DNA of 64,000 bases from the NCBI GenBank assembly GCA_964247055.1, contig OZ176055.1, positions 9,858,001 through 9,922,000 on the forward strand, written 5' to 3'. The position numbers and the translations under genes were made by a program. Origin of the DNA: Paragordius varius. Taxonomy: Eukaryota; Animalia; Nematomorpha. This document shows, in pieces, positions 25,788 through 38,200 of this stretch. The notes below the pieces were generated by a model. That model saw nothing but the letters and a program-made list of their open reading frames with translations, did no database searches and had not been told where the DNA came from. Each line of letters opens with the position of its first letter. The stretch's first letter is position 1.

Positions 25788-28700
25788 CTAAAATATATGA
25801 TCAAAATTTTGAGCAAAGTGGCAGTCAATATTAGGAGCTGTATATGGGTTGGAATTATCATGATGATTCATTAAAGCTACAATCGATTTCTTGATTCGAA
25901 GTGCGGATAACCGAGCTGCTGGGTTTTCATACCAACACTCTTTCACTAATTTTACAATCTTATTTGCCATCTAAAAAAAAGAAAAAAAGATAATTTTATT
26001 AACAATTGTTAAATTTGTGAAATAATGATATAAACGAAAACTAAATTGAAAATGATAAATATTAAATTTTAGGCTGAAAAAAATGATATGTGAAATCCTT
26101 GGTCGATTTTCTGTTTAGTTTTCGTGTCATAATTATTTCACGGATTCAACCATTGTTATGACAAAAAATTATTAATCCGACATCCGACCTTTACAATACC
26201 AATTATATCTTGTGTTTTTTAACAAAAAATGATAATTTTAGTTACATTATAAAAAAGGATATGTTATAAAACAGAAAGAAACCTCATTATTTAACCAGAC
26301 AGGCTTAATTGGCGGTCTTTGATGTTTGGTGCAAACAGCATCTTTCATTTCTTCGAAGCTTGGGTCAGGCGGGACAATCTTATCATAAACCATTTCGAAT
26401 TCTAAGGCACATTCATCTAAAACAAAATGAACAGCGATACAGTAAAAATTCAAATTTTATACAGACAAACAAAACGTAAAATATAATTAAAAATACTTTT
26501 TTTGTCAAAAAAACCGTCGTACTTTATAAACCATGAAAGATTTTTAAATTTGATAGATTTTTATAAAAAGATAAATTAATACAACCAATTATATATTATA
26601 CAAATGATTGGATTAATTTACACAGGTGAAAAGATGCTTAAAAAAATTATGGTCGGCTTTTTGGTTTTTGTCTTTTTATGATTATACGTTTTGTATCACT
26701 GTATAATTTCAATTATTACTGTGTAATTTAAAATTTTATTATAATTTTAAAATTATCAAAAATGGTTACCTTGAATAATAGTTCGGTTCAAAATCTCCCA
26801 AAAAACCAATCCGACGGCATAAATGTCACATCTTTTAAAAGAATCAAAAAACACCGAGGCTTGCACTGACGAGGATGCCATCATCTTACACGATTTTTCA
26901 GGAATTTTAATCTTTGATGCGTTTTTAGTGGAACCCCTATATTTGGATTTAAAATAATTGAAACATTTACAGATTTTACATTTAAAATGTCATAAATGCC
27001 ATAAAAGATAGAAAGCTAAAACTATATATAGGAAAAAGTTGTAAAGCACCAATTTTAAAGTAAGTGTCTATTATTTGCAATTGTTAAATTTTCCATAATA
27101 TAGGGATGTTTAAAAGAGTATTAAAACATGGACTAAATAATTGGAACCATATTCCATGATGAGGAAACTTAAAGGCTATATATATATATAATAATAAGCC
27201 TCATAATATAATCAATTATAATTACGGTAAAAACTACTTTAAAAAAGTATGGTTTCCCAACAAGAGAAATGGTTATATAACCATTTACAGTTCAAATTCA
27301 CCCTTGAACAATTCGAATTCCCCCTCGAACAATTCAAATTCACCCTAAAAATAAATTATGTGTTTGCGAACTAATATAACTCTTTATTAATATAAAATAG
27401 TTTATGGTATAGTTTATTATTTTTTCAGTATTATTTTAATTTAATACAAAATTTTTATATTTAAAATAATATATAAAATATAGGTATTTTTTAATCTTAA
27501 AAAACATATATTTTATTTGAGGGTGAATTTGAATTGTTCAAGGGTGAATTTGAATTGTAAATGGTATATATTCAACATTGACAATAATTTTATTTATAGA
27601 TTAACCAAATACCGTAATTTATACTTTTCATTTAGGGATGTGTTGACTGACCATCGTTGACAATACATTTGTTGATAGGCTTGAACGTATTGGGTTACAA
27701 AAGCATTTTCCATCGATGATTTCTTAACTCCTACTACATTTCCCTTTTGAGTACTAGAAGAGTCAGGATTTCGGCTTAAGGAATTAATAAAATTATTGGT
27801 TGACATGGCGATATTATCAGTCCGTAGTAGCTCATTCGAATGATGAGCTAATAAGACAGCTTTAGCGTTGAATTCAAACAAAGTTGTCATCGACATAAAC
27901 AATGTATCAGACAAAAGTTCAGGGGCCATGTAACGCTTCGTTCCAACTTTAATCGCATTTATCTGCAATCCAAAAAAAGATAAGCAGGAGTTTAATAACT
28001 TTTTCCGAAAATATTCTACGTAATTGGATGCAAAAATTACTTATGCTTTAATAAATGCTGCATAAGTTCAATATTACCCTCTATTACAACTCGGAAAAGT
28101 TACATGCAAATACCCCAAAAAAATACCCATTAAATTCTATATACACACTTTTTATAAGAGATAAGTGTTTACTTGATACAAGGCATTTTCAATGTAATCA
28201 TCCAAAATTTTTTGCCCTTGGCGTGTGTTGTTACTATCTAAGTTAGTATTACTCTCTGGAACAATAAGAAGAGGTTTGGCTGTATTAGCAAATGTTTGAG
28301 ATGAAGTATTTACTTCTCCTGGACAAGTCATATCATCATCTAACCCTAACAAAATAAAAAAAGCATATTTAATAAAAAAAAAGAACAACACATTTATTTA
28401 GATTCCTTATATTGAATACTCGTTTCAGAATTTGATTGAGTCCTGTTTTCGTTGGGGAAAGCAGTGTTGTTATTAAGATTTATAAAAGATGCCCCCATAT
28501 CTAACGTATTGGCAGTGGAATGAAAACAGACAGCAAGTCCAAGATCAGCAATACAACACGTGCCATCTCGTTTTACCAAAATATTTTTGCATTTCAAATC
28601 GCGATGTGCTATGGCAGGTTTGCCTGTAATTCAAGTTAAAGAAAAAGAATAATTCGTGTGTTTAAGGTGAATAATGTGGATAAAACATGTCTGATTATTA

Positions 28701-31700
28701 TGAATCGCTGCTATTAAAGAAAGGGCTAACCGTATTCCTCCACCTGTTTTCAAAAATTTAAATGTGAATTTACAGTAAAAAGCGCAATTATACTATGGAC
28801 AAAACGTTAAAATATAAAGACACATATTCTTTTCTAAAAGACAAATAAACTCTTTTAAATCGTGATTTTTTTCAATATAACTCATTGTTTTAAATTAGTG
28901 TTAAATATAGATATATAACTAACACAATTTATTTTATATTTTACAATTGTAACTAAGTAGTTTATATGAGAAAAATCAGGGTTTAAAAAAGTATGATTGG
29001 TTTTTTTTAGAAAAAAATATTTGTCTTTATATTTTTACATTTTGTCCTTATAATTGCAATTTTTACTGTATTTTATACATTCTTATTCTCCTCTGACTAT
29101 TCAATAAACAATATGGTTTTACAATTTATAACATAGTTTCGCTGTAAACTTACTTAGAGTGTTTGAAAAACATTGCTAAAAAGTAGTCACCTATTCTATA
29201 AACAACAATATAATCCAAATACCATTTTCAAAGCCAAAAAAAGCAACTTACCCTGGATGCCAACAATTTCCATGTGTAAATGAGCCAGCCCGCTGGCAAT
29301 ACCATACATGCACTTCAACATACCGGCCATGTCCAATTTCACGCGTTGCAAATAATCAAAGAGTGATCCGTTTTCACAATAATCCGTCACTAGCCATAAT
29401 TGCGTCCAGGTCCCATTATCTGAACAAAATTTTTTTCAATATTCACTCTTGAACAATTCAAATTTACCCTTAAACAATTCAAATTCACCCTTAAATATTT
29501 CAAATTCACTTTCAACAATTCAAATTTACCCTTAAACAATTCAAATTCACCCTCAAATGAATTACATGTTATTTAAGATTGAAAATTACCTATATTTTTA
29601 TATATTTTTTTAAAAAATAAAATTTGGTTTTAAATTAAAATAATGTTTAAAAAATACTATACTATGCCATAAAGATATATTTTATGTTAATAATGAGTTA
29701 TATTAGTTCGAAAACACATAATTAATTTTTAGGGTGAATTTGAATTGTTCAAAGGTGAGTTTAAATTGTTTGAAGGGGGATTCGATAAATGATATATTTT
29801 GCCAACTAACTATTATTGTTCGGATAAAAAATGGAAAAAACTGTTTTTGTGAAAAAAAAAATCATATAAAAATGTTTTGTCCAATATAACATTGAAAAAT
29901 CATCATTATACCTTTAAACATAATTAAATTTCTATTTTCATCCTATCAAGCACAATTCAGTCATATTTTAAATAAAGCTATTAATACATTTTGGAATCAA
30001 TAGTTATTTAAGCAGATATCGCGCGTGCGAAAAAAATGATAATCCCATTTTTTCCTGCACAAAGAATACTTTATTAATTATAAGCAAAAGAGTTATGCTG
30101 TGTTACCCTTATTGTCGGCCGCTATAAAACCGAGAATGTTTTCATGTCTGAGCAAAGCGGTTTGATAGATTCGGACTTCACGAAACCAACTTTCCTCTTC
30201 ACGAGAAACGAAAATCTTAACAGCCACGGGGGAGGCTCTCCACTGCGCCCTCCAAACAATGCCATATCTCCCTTTCCCAATCACTTCCGTTAAATGAATC
30301 GTTCGCGCTATGGTGCGTTGAACCAAAACTGGCAGACCTAATTAATCATCCACACACAAAACGCATACCATTTACAGTTTAAATTCATACACTTTTGAAC
30401 AATTCGAATTCACCAACTTTTGAACTAAATTCACCCTTGAACAATTGTAATTCACCCTCGAACAATTGAAATTAACCCTCGAAATCAAATTCATCCTTGA
30501 ACAATTCAAATTCATCCTAGAACAATTCGAATTCACCCACTTTTAACAATTCGAATTCGCCCTTGAATAATTCAAATTCACCCTTAAACAATTCAAATTC
30601 ACCCTCGAACAATTAAAATTTACCCTCGAATAATCGAAATTCACCCTTGAACAATTCAAATTCACCCTTGAACAATTCAAATTCATCCTTAAACACTTCA
30701 AATTCACCGAAAATATCAATTTACAGCACTCGAACAATTCAAATTCACCCTTGAACGAATCAAATTCACCCACTTTTGAACAATTCAAATTCACCCTTGA
30801 TGAACAATTCAAATTCATCCTTGAACAATTCAAATTCACACTCGAACAATTCAAATTACCCTCAATTTAAATATATGTTTTTTAAGATTAAAATTTACCT
30901 ATATTTTTAAAAAATAAAAATTTTGTTTTAAATTAAAATACTTAAAAACTTTCTAAACTATACCATAAAGATATATTTTATATCATCAATAATGAGTTAT
31001 ATTAGTTCAAAAATACACAATTTATTTTTAGGGTGAAATCGAATTGTTCAAGGGTTTTGAACCGTAAATGGTATATTAATATACTGTAAAAATGAAATTA
31101 TACGGACGGACAAAACGTTAAAATATAGAGAACATTTTTCAAAAGAACGTTCAACTTAACTTGATTTTATCGAATATGACTTTTGGATTGCAAAGTGTGA
31201 AGCAAAGATGCAAATTAACAATCAATTTTCTATTTTGTAACTTATATAGTTTGTGTAGGAAAAAATTAATATAAAAAGTATGATTACACTGGACAACAAA
31301 TTTTTCTGCCACTTGAGTTTTTTGCATTTTCTGATATTTAGTATCATTTTAACAGTAAATCTGAAATAAAAATTATAACTTGATGGAAGAATTTTGTATA
31401 AATTGATTTTTTTGATTATGCGCCCTCTTTATCAAAATTTTACTAAAAAATGTTTTTCTTTAAAAATATACAAGTAATGCCCATTTGTAATATATCATTC
31501 GAAAGAGTAATAAAAACTCTATAAAATGCATACTAATATGTATTACATCGACAGTTAATATTGGACACAAAGAGCGACAAACGCGCGAAGCGAGAGCATT
31601 TTTTTAAAAAATTATATTTTTAAAACTAATGGATGAAAATGGCTCAAAATTTGTTTAAATGGTGATAAATGTCCAAAAAAGATAACACAAGAAAGTTTTT

Positions 31701-34700
31701 TTTGATTAAAACATTTTTTATTGCTTTTATGTCACTCAAAACAGCCATTTTTAAGTTTGTTATTTTTTTAAATATTACCATCTCATCAATATTAATTTAT
31801 TTTCTTTACGAGACTGATAATTTCGAAATTTTAAAGATAAAAACAAAGTTTAAGGTATTTTTGATCTTTTATAGCCATTATGTAATAAATTTACGGTTAT
31901 AACTATGCATTTTAGTATCCACTAGGTAAAATATTTATGATAATAATATTTTTTTTTAAAATAGCAAACCAAAAGCTTTTTCAAACATTTTTTTAAATTA
32001 AATACTAATATAACCCTAATAATTATATTAAAATAATTTATATGATTTTCAAATTAGTTTGTCTGTGAAAATTCTTAAGTTATTTGATTGAAAATTTCGA
32101 CCATTTAAACCCAAATAACTTTTACATCTGATTGATTTAAATAACTTACTACCATTTAGGAGATGCAGTTTTTTGCGCTCTTTCGAATGATATAAAATAC
32201 ATGGCTTCATATCTAAAACTTTTAATTTTCGAAATTTCGAGTTTAATGTAAAATCGGGGCCAAAAATAATCGATAAACACTAATATAAAAAAATCCTTGC
32301 ATGCTAGACCAATTCTCTTTTCAGATATACTAATTATGTACTTTAATGAAATAAATTTTAAATTTACAAAAATCGCAGTTAAAAAAAGTTAAAATTTGTT
32401 GTCTAGTGTTATCTTTGGAAAAAAATATTTGTCTAAATATTTTTATTCCTTATTGTCTGCATAATATTTTTTTATCAACAATAAAAAGAGATTTATACCC
32501 AAAGAACTACAGTAATAAACGAAAATTTCAAGATAAATAGTACAAAATTTTAGACAATTTTTTATTTTAAATAATACAATTTACAATTTAAATTCACCCT
32601 CAATTAAAATATATGTTTTTTTAGGATTAAAAATTACCTATATTTTTATATTATTTTAAAAAATAAAAATTTTGTATAAATTAAATTATACATAAAAACT
32701 TTCTAAACTATGCCATAAAGATATATTTCATATCATCAATAATGAGTTATATTAGTTTGAAAAAACACAATATATTTTTAGGGTGAATTTGAACTGTAAA
32801 TGCTATATATCAATAAACGCAAAAAATGAAATTATACGGACGGACAAAAAGTTTAAAATATATAGAGACAATTTTTCAAAAGGTACTTAACTTGATTGCA
32901 TTAAAGATAACTTTTAAATTGCAAAGTGTAAAATAAAGATGAAAGTTAACAATCAATTTTTTATTTTCTATCAACTTGATTAGTTTTTGTTGGAAAAATT
33001 AAGACTATAAAAAGTATGGTTGTCTTTGAAAAAAATATTTGTCTTAATATTTTTCGCCCATATTGTCTGCATAATATTGTTTTTATTGACAACAAAAAGA
33101 GATTTATATCCAAAGAACTACAGTAAAACGAAAATGTCGAGACAAATAGTACAAAATTAAAGACAAATTTTAAAAAAAAATCAAAAAATATACCCATATG
33201 TAAACGCTAATTTTCGTATCTAACCTAAATGCTACAATTATAAAATATTCAGAGAGTGCTATTAATATACATCTTTCTATTCCATATTTCAAGATATATA
33301 CTAATAGTTTAAATATGGGTAAAATCACTGTGTATGAAAAATAGGCCATCTTTTTTGGGCAATATCATTTGACTTTTTAAGAAAATATACCCGCTCCAGA
33401 ACCAGATGTGGTTCCATTATTTCCATCTGTACTGTTTGATTGGTCAAACGAGCCATCGCTAAAACCCAAATTGAGATTAAGGTTAACGTCGTTTTTCAAA
33501 TAATAAAGGGAATCACACACTTGTTGTTCACCTTGATGAAAATCCCCCTGTTGGGCCACGGATTTAAAACCATGATTTGAAGCATTTGCTTGTGTTTTCT
33601 AAATTACAAATGGCAAAGTTTTGATTATGTACTTAATTACTCAAATTATATCTAATTATTAAAGTGTAAGAACTTCTTTTACTGACTAGCATTTTATCTG
33701 CAAAATTTCAAAATGAATTTAATATCGAAATAATATTTGAAACGCATCCTTTTCAAATCTATAAACAGCTGCTTGACTAATTTTTAACTATTCGGAAGTC
33801 AATAATGAATTTAAAGGACGATATAACAATCGAATACAATCTTAACATGTTATAAACTAAATATATAGCATTAATCATTAGTAGAATACTTAACCTATAA
33901 AAAGTAAAAACTTTAACGCTTTTTAATAGTATTATTATAATCAGTTATTGAAGAAAGTCATTTTAACACATAACTGATATTCAATTTAAAGTGACAAAAA
34001 AATAAATTGTTATATAACCATTAAAGAATGAGTTATAGTTTGAGGGGAGTTATTTGCAGAGCCATCATATTTGGCAGTTTTTGCCTTTATGCTTTTTCCA
34101 TTAAATAAGTTTGTAAAACGTGAAGTGTTAAACATATTTTTCGTTTCCGGTTTCATAAATTGTTTTTGGTGTTGATAAATTCTATTTCCATAATTATTGT
34201 TGCAAGAATTTCCCAGCAAAGTTTTAAGTAAGGTTTGATGGTTTGTGCATTCAAAAGGATTATTATTTCCTTGGATGTATTTTACATTTTTCTTTAGACG
34301 TTGGAGTTTTTGCTTACGGCGTTTAAAGGCCATAAAACCGAAAACAAAAGCTAAGCTCAATATAAGGATTGTTCCAATAATAACACCAAGTATAAAGAGT
34401 ATCTTTTCCATACCAGACAACTGTCTCCAAAATCCTATCAAAAAAAGACTACTTTTAAACAAAAAATTAAATACAAAAAAAACTATGATTTCTAACTTTG
34501 TTGAAGCGATTGATCTAATGAGTAAAGGGTATTAATTCTGAGATTTGAAGCCAAAGGCCGAGATACTATATTCTCTTGCTGGCTTAAAACTTTATTGTTC
34601 CGATTATTCGCGAGTCTATGTAGCTTGTTATACTTGCTATGTATAGACACTATAAAATATATGGATTTATATAATTAAAAATGCTATCTATTGTAATAGA

Positions 34701-35165
34701 TAAACGAAAAAATGTTAAATTTTGATGTGCTTAATATTTAACTATCATGATATGTATAATAATTACCGAACTCCAGATCATTTGAGTTAATATTTGGGAA
34801 AGATAATGTTGTATTCTGATTACAAAAATCGTGAGTTTTGCAACATTCCACATTGAAATCTGGATTGATGCTTGAAGGAATACAGACGAAAGGCCTTTCA
34901 ACCGGCGTTAAATACTGCTTATCATAACACCTATAAATATTAAACTATATTATAATTACATGTAAATAGCTTTTATTCGGCCCTTATCTCTTTGAATTGA
35001 GGTGTAACATTGACCGTCTGTAATGCAAGTGTTATTGTTTGATAACTTTTCACAAATATTGCAATAACATAAAAGAGCTAAATATTAAGAATTGTTAAAA
35101 CTATTATATAATCCAATATTAACAGAATAAATCCACAAAAATATAAAAGTTTTGAAGATAGGCAT
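25788..35165 (-). CDS. TGFBR1: TGF-beta/activin type I receptor kinase, ALK4/5/7 (baboon) class, 13 exons
   Basis: Exons (-) 35165-35102, 35077-34960, 34930-34767, 34434-34019, 33598-33391, 30337-30107, 29419-29252, 28623-28420, 28345-28173, 27962-27613, 26936-26770, 26416-26283, 25970-25788. Ectodomain LLCYCNIC...TCITDGQCY...[10 protein letters not shown]...CCKTHDFCN; TM helix; GS box TTSGSGAG; GKGRYG; L45 loop [13 protein letters not shown]; HRDLKCKN; DLG; [10 protein letters not shown]; [18 protein letters not shown]. Confidence 0.95.
27281..27564. mobile_element. Family M1 MITE (CCATTTACAG TIRs, 21-bp subterminal repeats, TA target)
   Basis: CCATTTACAGTTCAAATTCACCCTTGAACAATTC ... GGGTGAATTTGAATTGTAAATGG|TA; lies in a receptor intron. 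Confidence 0.9.
28773..29068. mobile_element. Family M2 MITE (CAGTAAAAA TIRs, TA target; Tc1/mariner-like ends)
   Basis: TA|CAGTAAAAAGCGCAATTATACTATGGACAAAACG ... TTTTGTCCTTATAATTGCAATTTTTACTG|TA. More than 20 related full or partial copies occur between ~11.1 and 63.5 kb. Confidence 0.88.
29432..29792. mobile_element. Family M1 MITE, degenerate ends
   Basis: About five GAACAATTCAAATTCACCCTT units, then the M1 internal sequence, then inverted units. Confidence 0.8.
30368..31071. mobile_element. Family M1 MITE with expanded left 21-bp array (~20 units)
   Basis: TA|CCATTTACAG ... CGTAAATGG|TA; GAACAATTCAAATTCACCCTT units run from ~30395 to ~30860. Confidence 0.9.
31287..32408. mobile_element. 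Non-autonomous CACT-ended DNA transposon (Chapaev3/CMC-like), copy 2, nested in an M2 MITE
   Basis: TTA|CACTGGACAACAAATTTT ... AAAATTTGTTGTCTAGTG|TTA. Removing it rejoins the M2 sequence AAAAGTATGATTA/TCTTTGGAAAAAAATATTTGTC. Confidence 0.87.
32575..32803. mobile_element. Family M1 MITE
   Basis: CAATTTACAATTTAAATTCACCC ... GGGTGAATTTGAACTGTAAATGC|TA. Confidence 0.8.
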
Positions 35166-35245
35166 GTTTTACATGAGCATATTGAGCAAATGCATATGAC
35201 TTATTGAGCGTATGTGTCACCAGTTGAAAAAATAATTTTTTTTGG
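35166..35245. promoter_or_regulatory. Putative 80-bp divergent promoter/5' UTR interval between the receptor and UBR start codons
   Basis: Receptor ATG at 35165 (-) and UBR ATG at 35246 (+). The interval holds two TATTGAGC motifs and a CATGAGC. Function is inferred from position only. Confidence 0.5.
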
Positions 35246-38200
35246 ATGAAGGATCGAATTTTGAATAAATTTGATGAGAAATCACTTCTAAAAGTATGTG
35301 GAATAATTATATTAATTGTAGAAATTGGAAAAGAGTTTTCCGGTCGGAGGGCTAAAATACAATTTTTATGAACATTGGAAAGAATATGTCCCTATTATAT
35401 TTGATCCAAAGTATGATCTCCACAGTCCTACACAGTTGTATGTTGATGAATCATTGGTTAATAAGATCTTGTTTGATCCGATGGAAGCTTTTATGTGCGA
35501 AGGCAAGGACAGAGATTCTGTTTTGCAAGTTTTGGAACAATTAAGTGAATACAATGAAAAGTCTTTGGTGTGTGGCAAAGTCTTTAAAAATGGGCAACCA
35601 ACATATTCTTGCATGTAAGTTTTGATTTATAATTATAGGGAATGCGCCTTAGATGGAACTTGTGTCCTTTGTCAATCATGTTTCCAAAACAGTCAACATC
35701 GATTTCACAAATACAAAGTAAATAATTATTAATTTATTACTACGTATTTAACGAAATCGTATGCGCTTTCTTTGAAAATATATTTGATTGAATAATTTCA
35801 GATTTTCACGAGTTCTCATGGGGGTATTTGTGATTGCGGCGATGTTGAGGCTTGGAAATCGGATCCTTACTGCACGCAACATGAACCGTCCACTTTGAAT
35901 TATTCGTCTCAAACTGCAAATAATGAGGAGACATCTGATATATCATCCAATGAAGCTTTGGGTAGTCCCACAAAAGCGTTGTTGTCTGAAAACTCTAACA
36001 ATCTTATGCTTCCTGATTTGATTGACCGTTTACCTGAAAATTTAGTGAATAGAGCCAGTTCAGTCCTACTGTCAACTCTTCAATACAGTGTCCTCATGTT
36101 AACTTGGCCAGACGCCCTAACGTTGCCACAAATACTATTGACCGAACCCGACATCAACAAGCCCATGGATGAACAGCCAACTGATGACTCGCTTTTTGAT
36201 CTATTTTACTCTAAAAGGTAATAATCTAGTTTATATACATTTAATTATAAAAAAAGTGGTAGATCAATATGCAAAATTTCCTTTAATATTTAAAAATTTT
36301 TGGAACTAACCGATTACAATTAATATTTTCTCATTATATATCATAGGGGTCAAAAATACATTACCATGTTATACAATGATGAAGTTCATACTTATGAGCA
36401 AGTAATTACTACTCTTTGTCGAGCCATCGATTGCACGCATAAGGAAGGTGTCGATTTTGCCACCATAGTAGATCGCGATGTACATTTTTTTTGTTAAATA
36501 TATCATACCATTCTATATACACATCGAATATATCATTGAACAATTCAAATTCGCTCTAAAACAAATTGTGTGTTTTAATATCAAAATTTTACCTCATTTT
36601 TTAATTAATTTCGCTTTAAATGAATATAATGCAGAAAAATAATAAAATATCTCATACGTAAATATTTCATATTAGTCGGATAATACAAATTTCACATTTT
36701 CAATGATGAATTTGAATTGTTTATTAAATTTCAAATAGTATATACATTTTGTGTGGCTTAAAAGGGTCGAAGTCCGGTCTACATTTCGGCCCAAAAGACG
36801 GAATGTGAACGAGTCAAAACGAGCATTGAACGTTCAACTTCACGGCACGGGAGTCGGGCACTTCGAGTCTGCGTTTTTGAGGCCCGCATAGTGGCTCATC
36901 AGAATTTTGCTTTGCGTTGTCTCTCCTGGATTGCTAATTTTATTTCTTATTCAGGTCTGAACTCACAGATAATCCCTTTATACCATTTACAGTTCAATTC
37001 ACCCTTAAACAATTCAAATTCACCCTTGAACAATTCAAATTCACCCGGAAATAAATTATGCGTTTTTTTAGAATAAAATTTTACCTATTATATTTTATAA
37101 AAAGAAATTTTGTATGTAATCAAAAAAATACTGAAAAAATAATAAACTTTGCGATAAAATATATTTAATTTTAATGATGAGTTATATTAGACCGAAATTT
37201 CATAATTTATTTTCAGGGTGAATTTGAATTGTTTAAGGGTGAATATGAATTGTAAATGGTATAACTACATAAGCAATTAAAATATTGTAATCAATAAACT
37301 AACCATTTTAATGTTAACTGAGAAAATTAGTTCACAAGTCACAATAATAAATTAAAAAGAAAATCGTTAAAAATCATATTCATATTTTTCCATTTCGAGT
37401 TTTCATTATTTTGTATTAAGTTTTATTGACATTATAAACATTTTTGAAGTGATTACTTTTTGATAACTTAAATATTCTTTGTTTGAGGTTAGATGGATTG
37501 AAATTGTTGGCTTGTAATTTAACGTTACAACCGATCGATAACGACGCTTTCATTGGATGCTTCGATGCGATGGCCGAGAATGGACAAGTAGGAAGTACTC
37601 TTTTAGAGCATTTACTACTCCATGACACGAGTATTTGGAAAGGTTAGTTAGGGTTTGACAATAAAAATTGAAATTATATTCGGACAAAATGTAAAAACAT
37701 AAAGACAACTTTTTTTTCTAAAAAGACCACCATACTTTTTTTTTAACTTACCTTTTTCTTATACATAATTATTTAGTTATAATTGTTAAATATATAATTA
37801 ATTTTGTTACCAATATACATTTCTCTAGCATACTTTATATAAAGACAATGAGTTATATGTAAAAAATTATAGATTTGAAAAGTATGATGATTGTCTTTTA
37901 AAAAATATCTATTTTTATATTTCTACGTTTCGTATAATTTTAATTTTTACTGTATGTTATGATTCCTTTATTATGTTATAGCTGCCCGCATGAAATGCCA
38001 TGAAATTCTCATCTCCAAGTATGCAAATTTTATTGTTTTAAACACGAATTTTGATCCAAAAACAATATTTCTAATTTTAATTTTCAATTTTAGTATGCTC
38101 CTTTTCCCTGAAACGAAGAAAAGATTGGCCCTTATTTTTACACAAGTTTATATATATATATATATATACCATTTAGAATTCAAATTCACTCTTTAACAAT

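Larger units (their letters stand above)
30850..33170. repeat. Local tandem duplication of a ~600-bp M1+M2 block, first copy interrupted by the Chapaev-like element
   Basis: 30850-31286 plus 32409-32570 is collinear with 32575-33170. Shared unique tails include GAAATTATACGGACGGACAAAA and AAAGAGATTTATAyCCAAAGAACTACAGTAA. Confidence 0.8.

Noticed and set aside
30543-30854. ORF with repeating RVNLNCS heptads (similar tails at 42572, 50659, 53392)
   Set aside because: It is a translation of the M1 21-bp array (7 codons per unit), not a gene.
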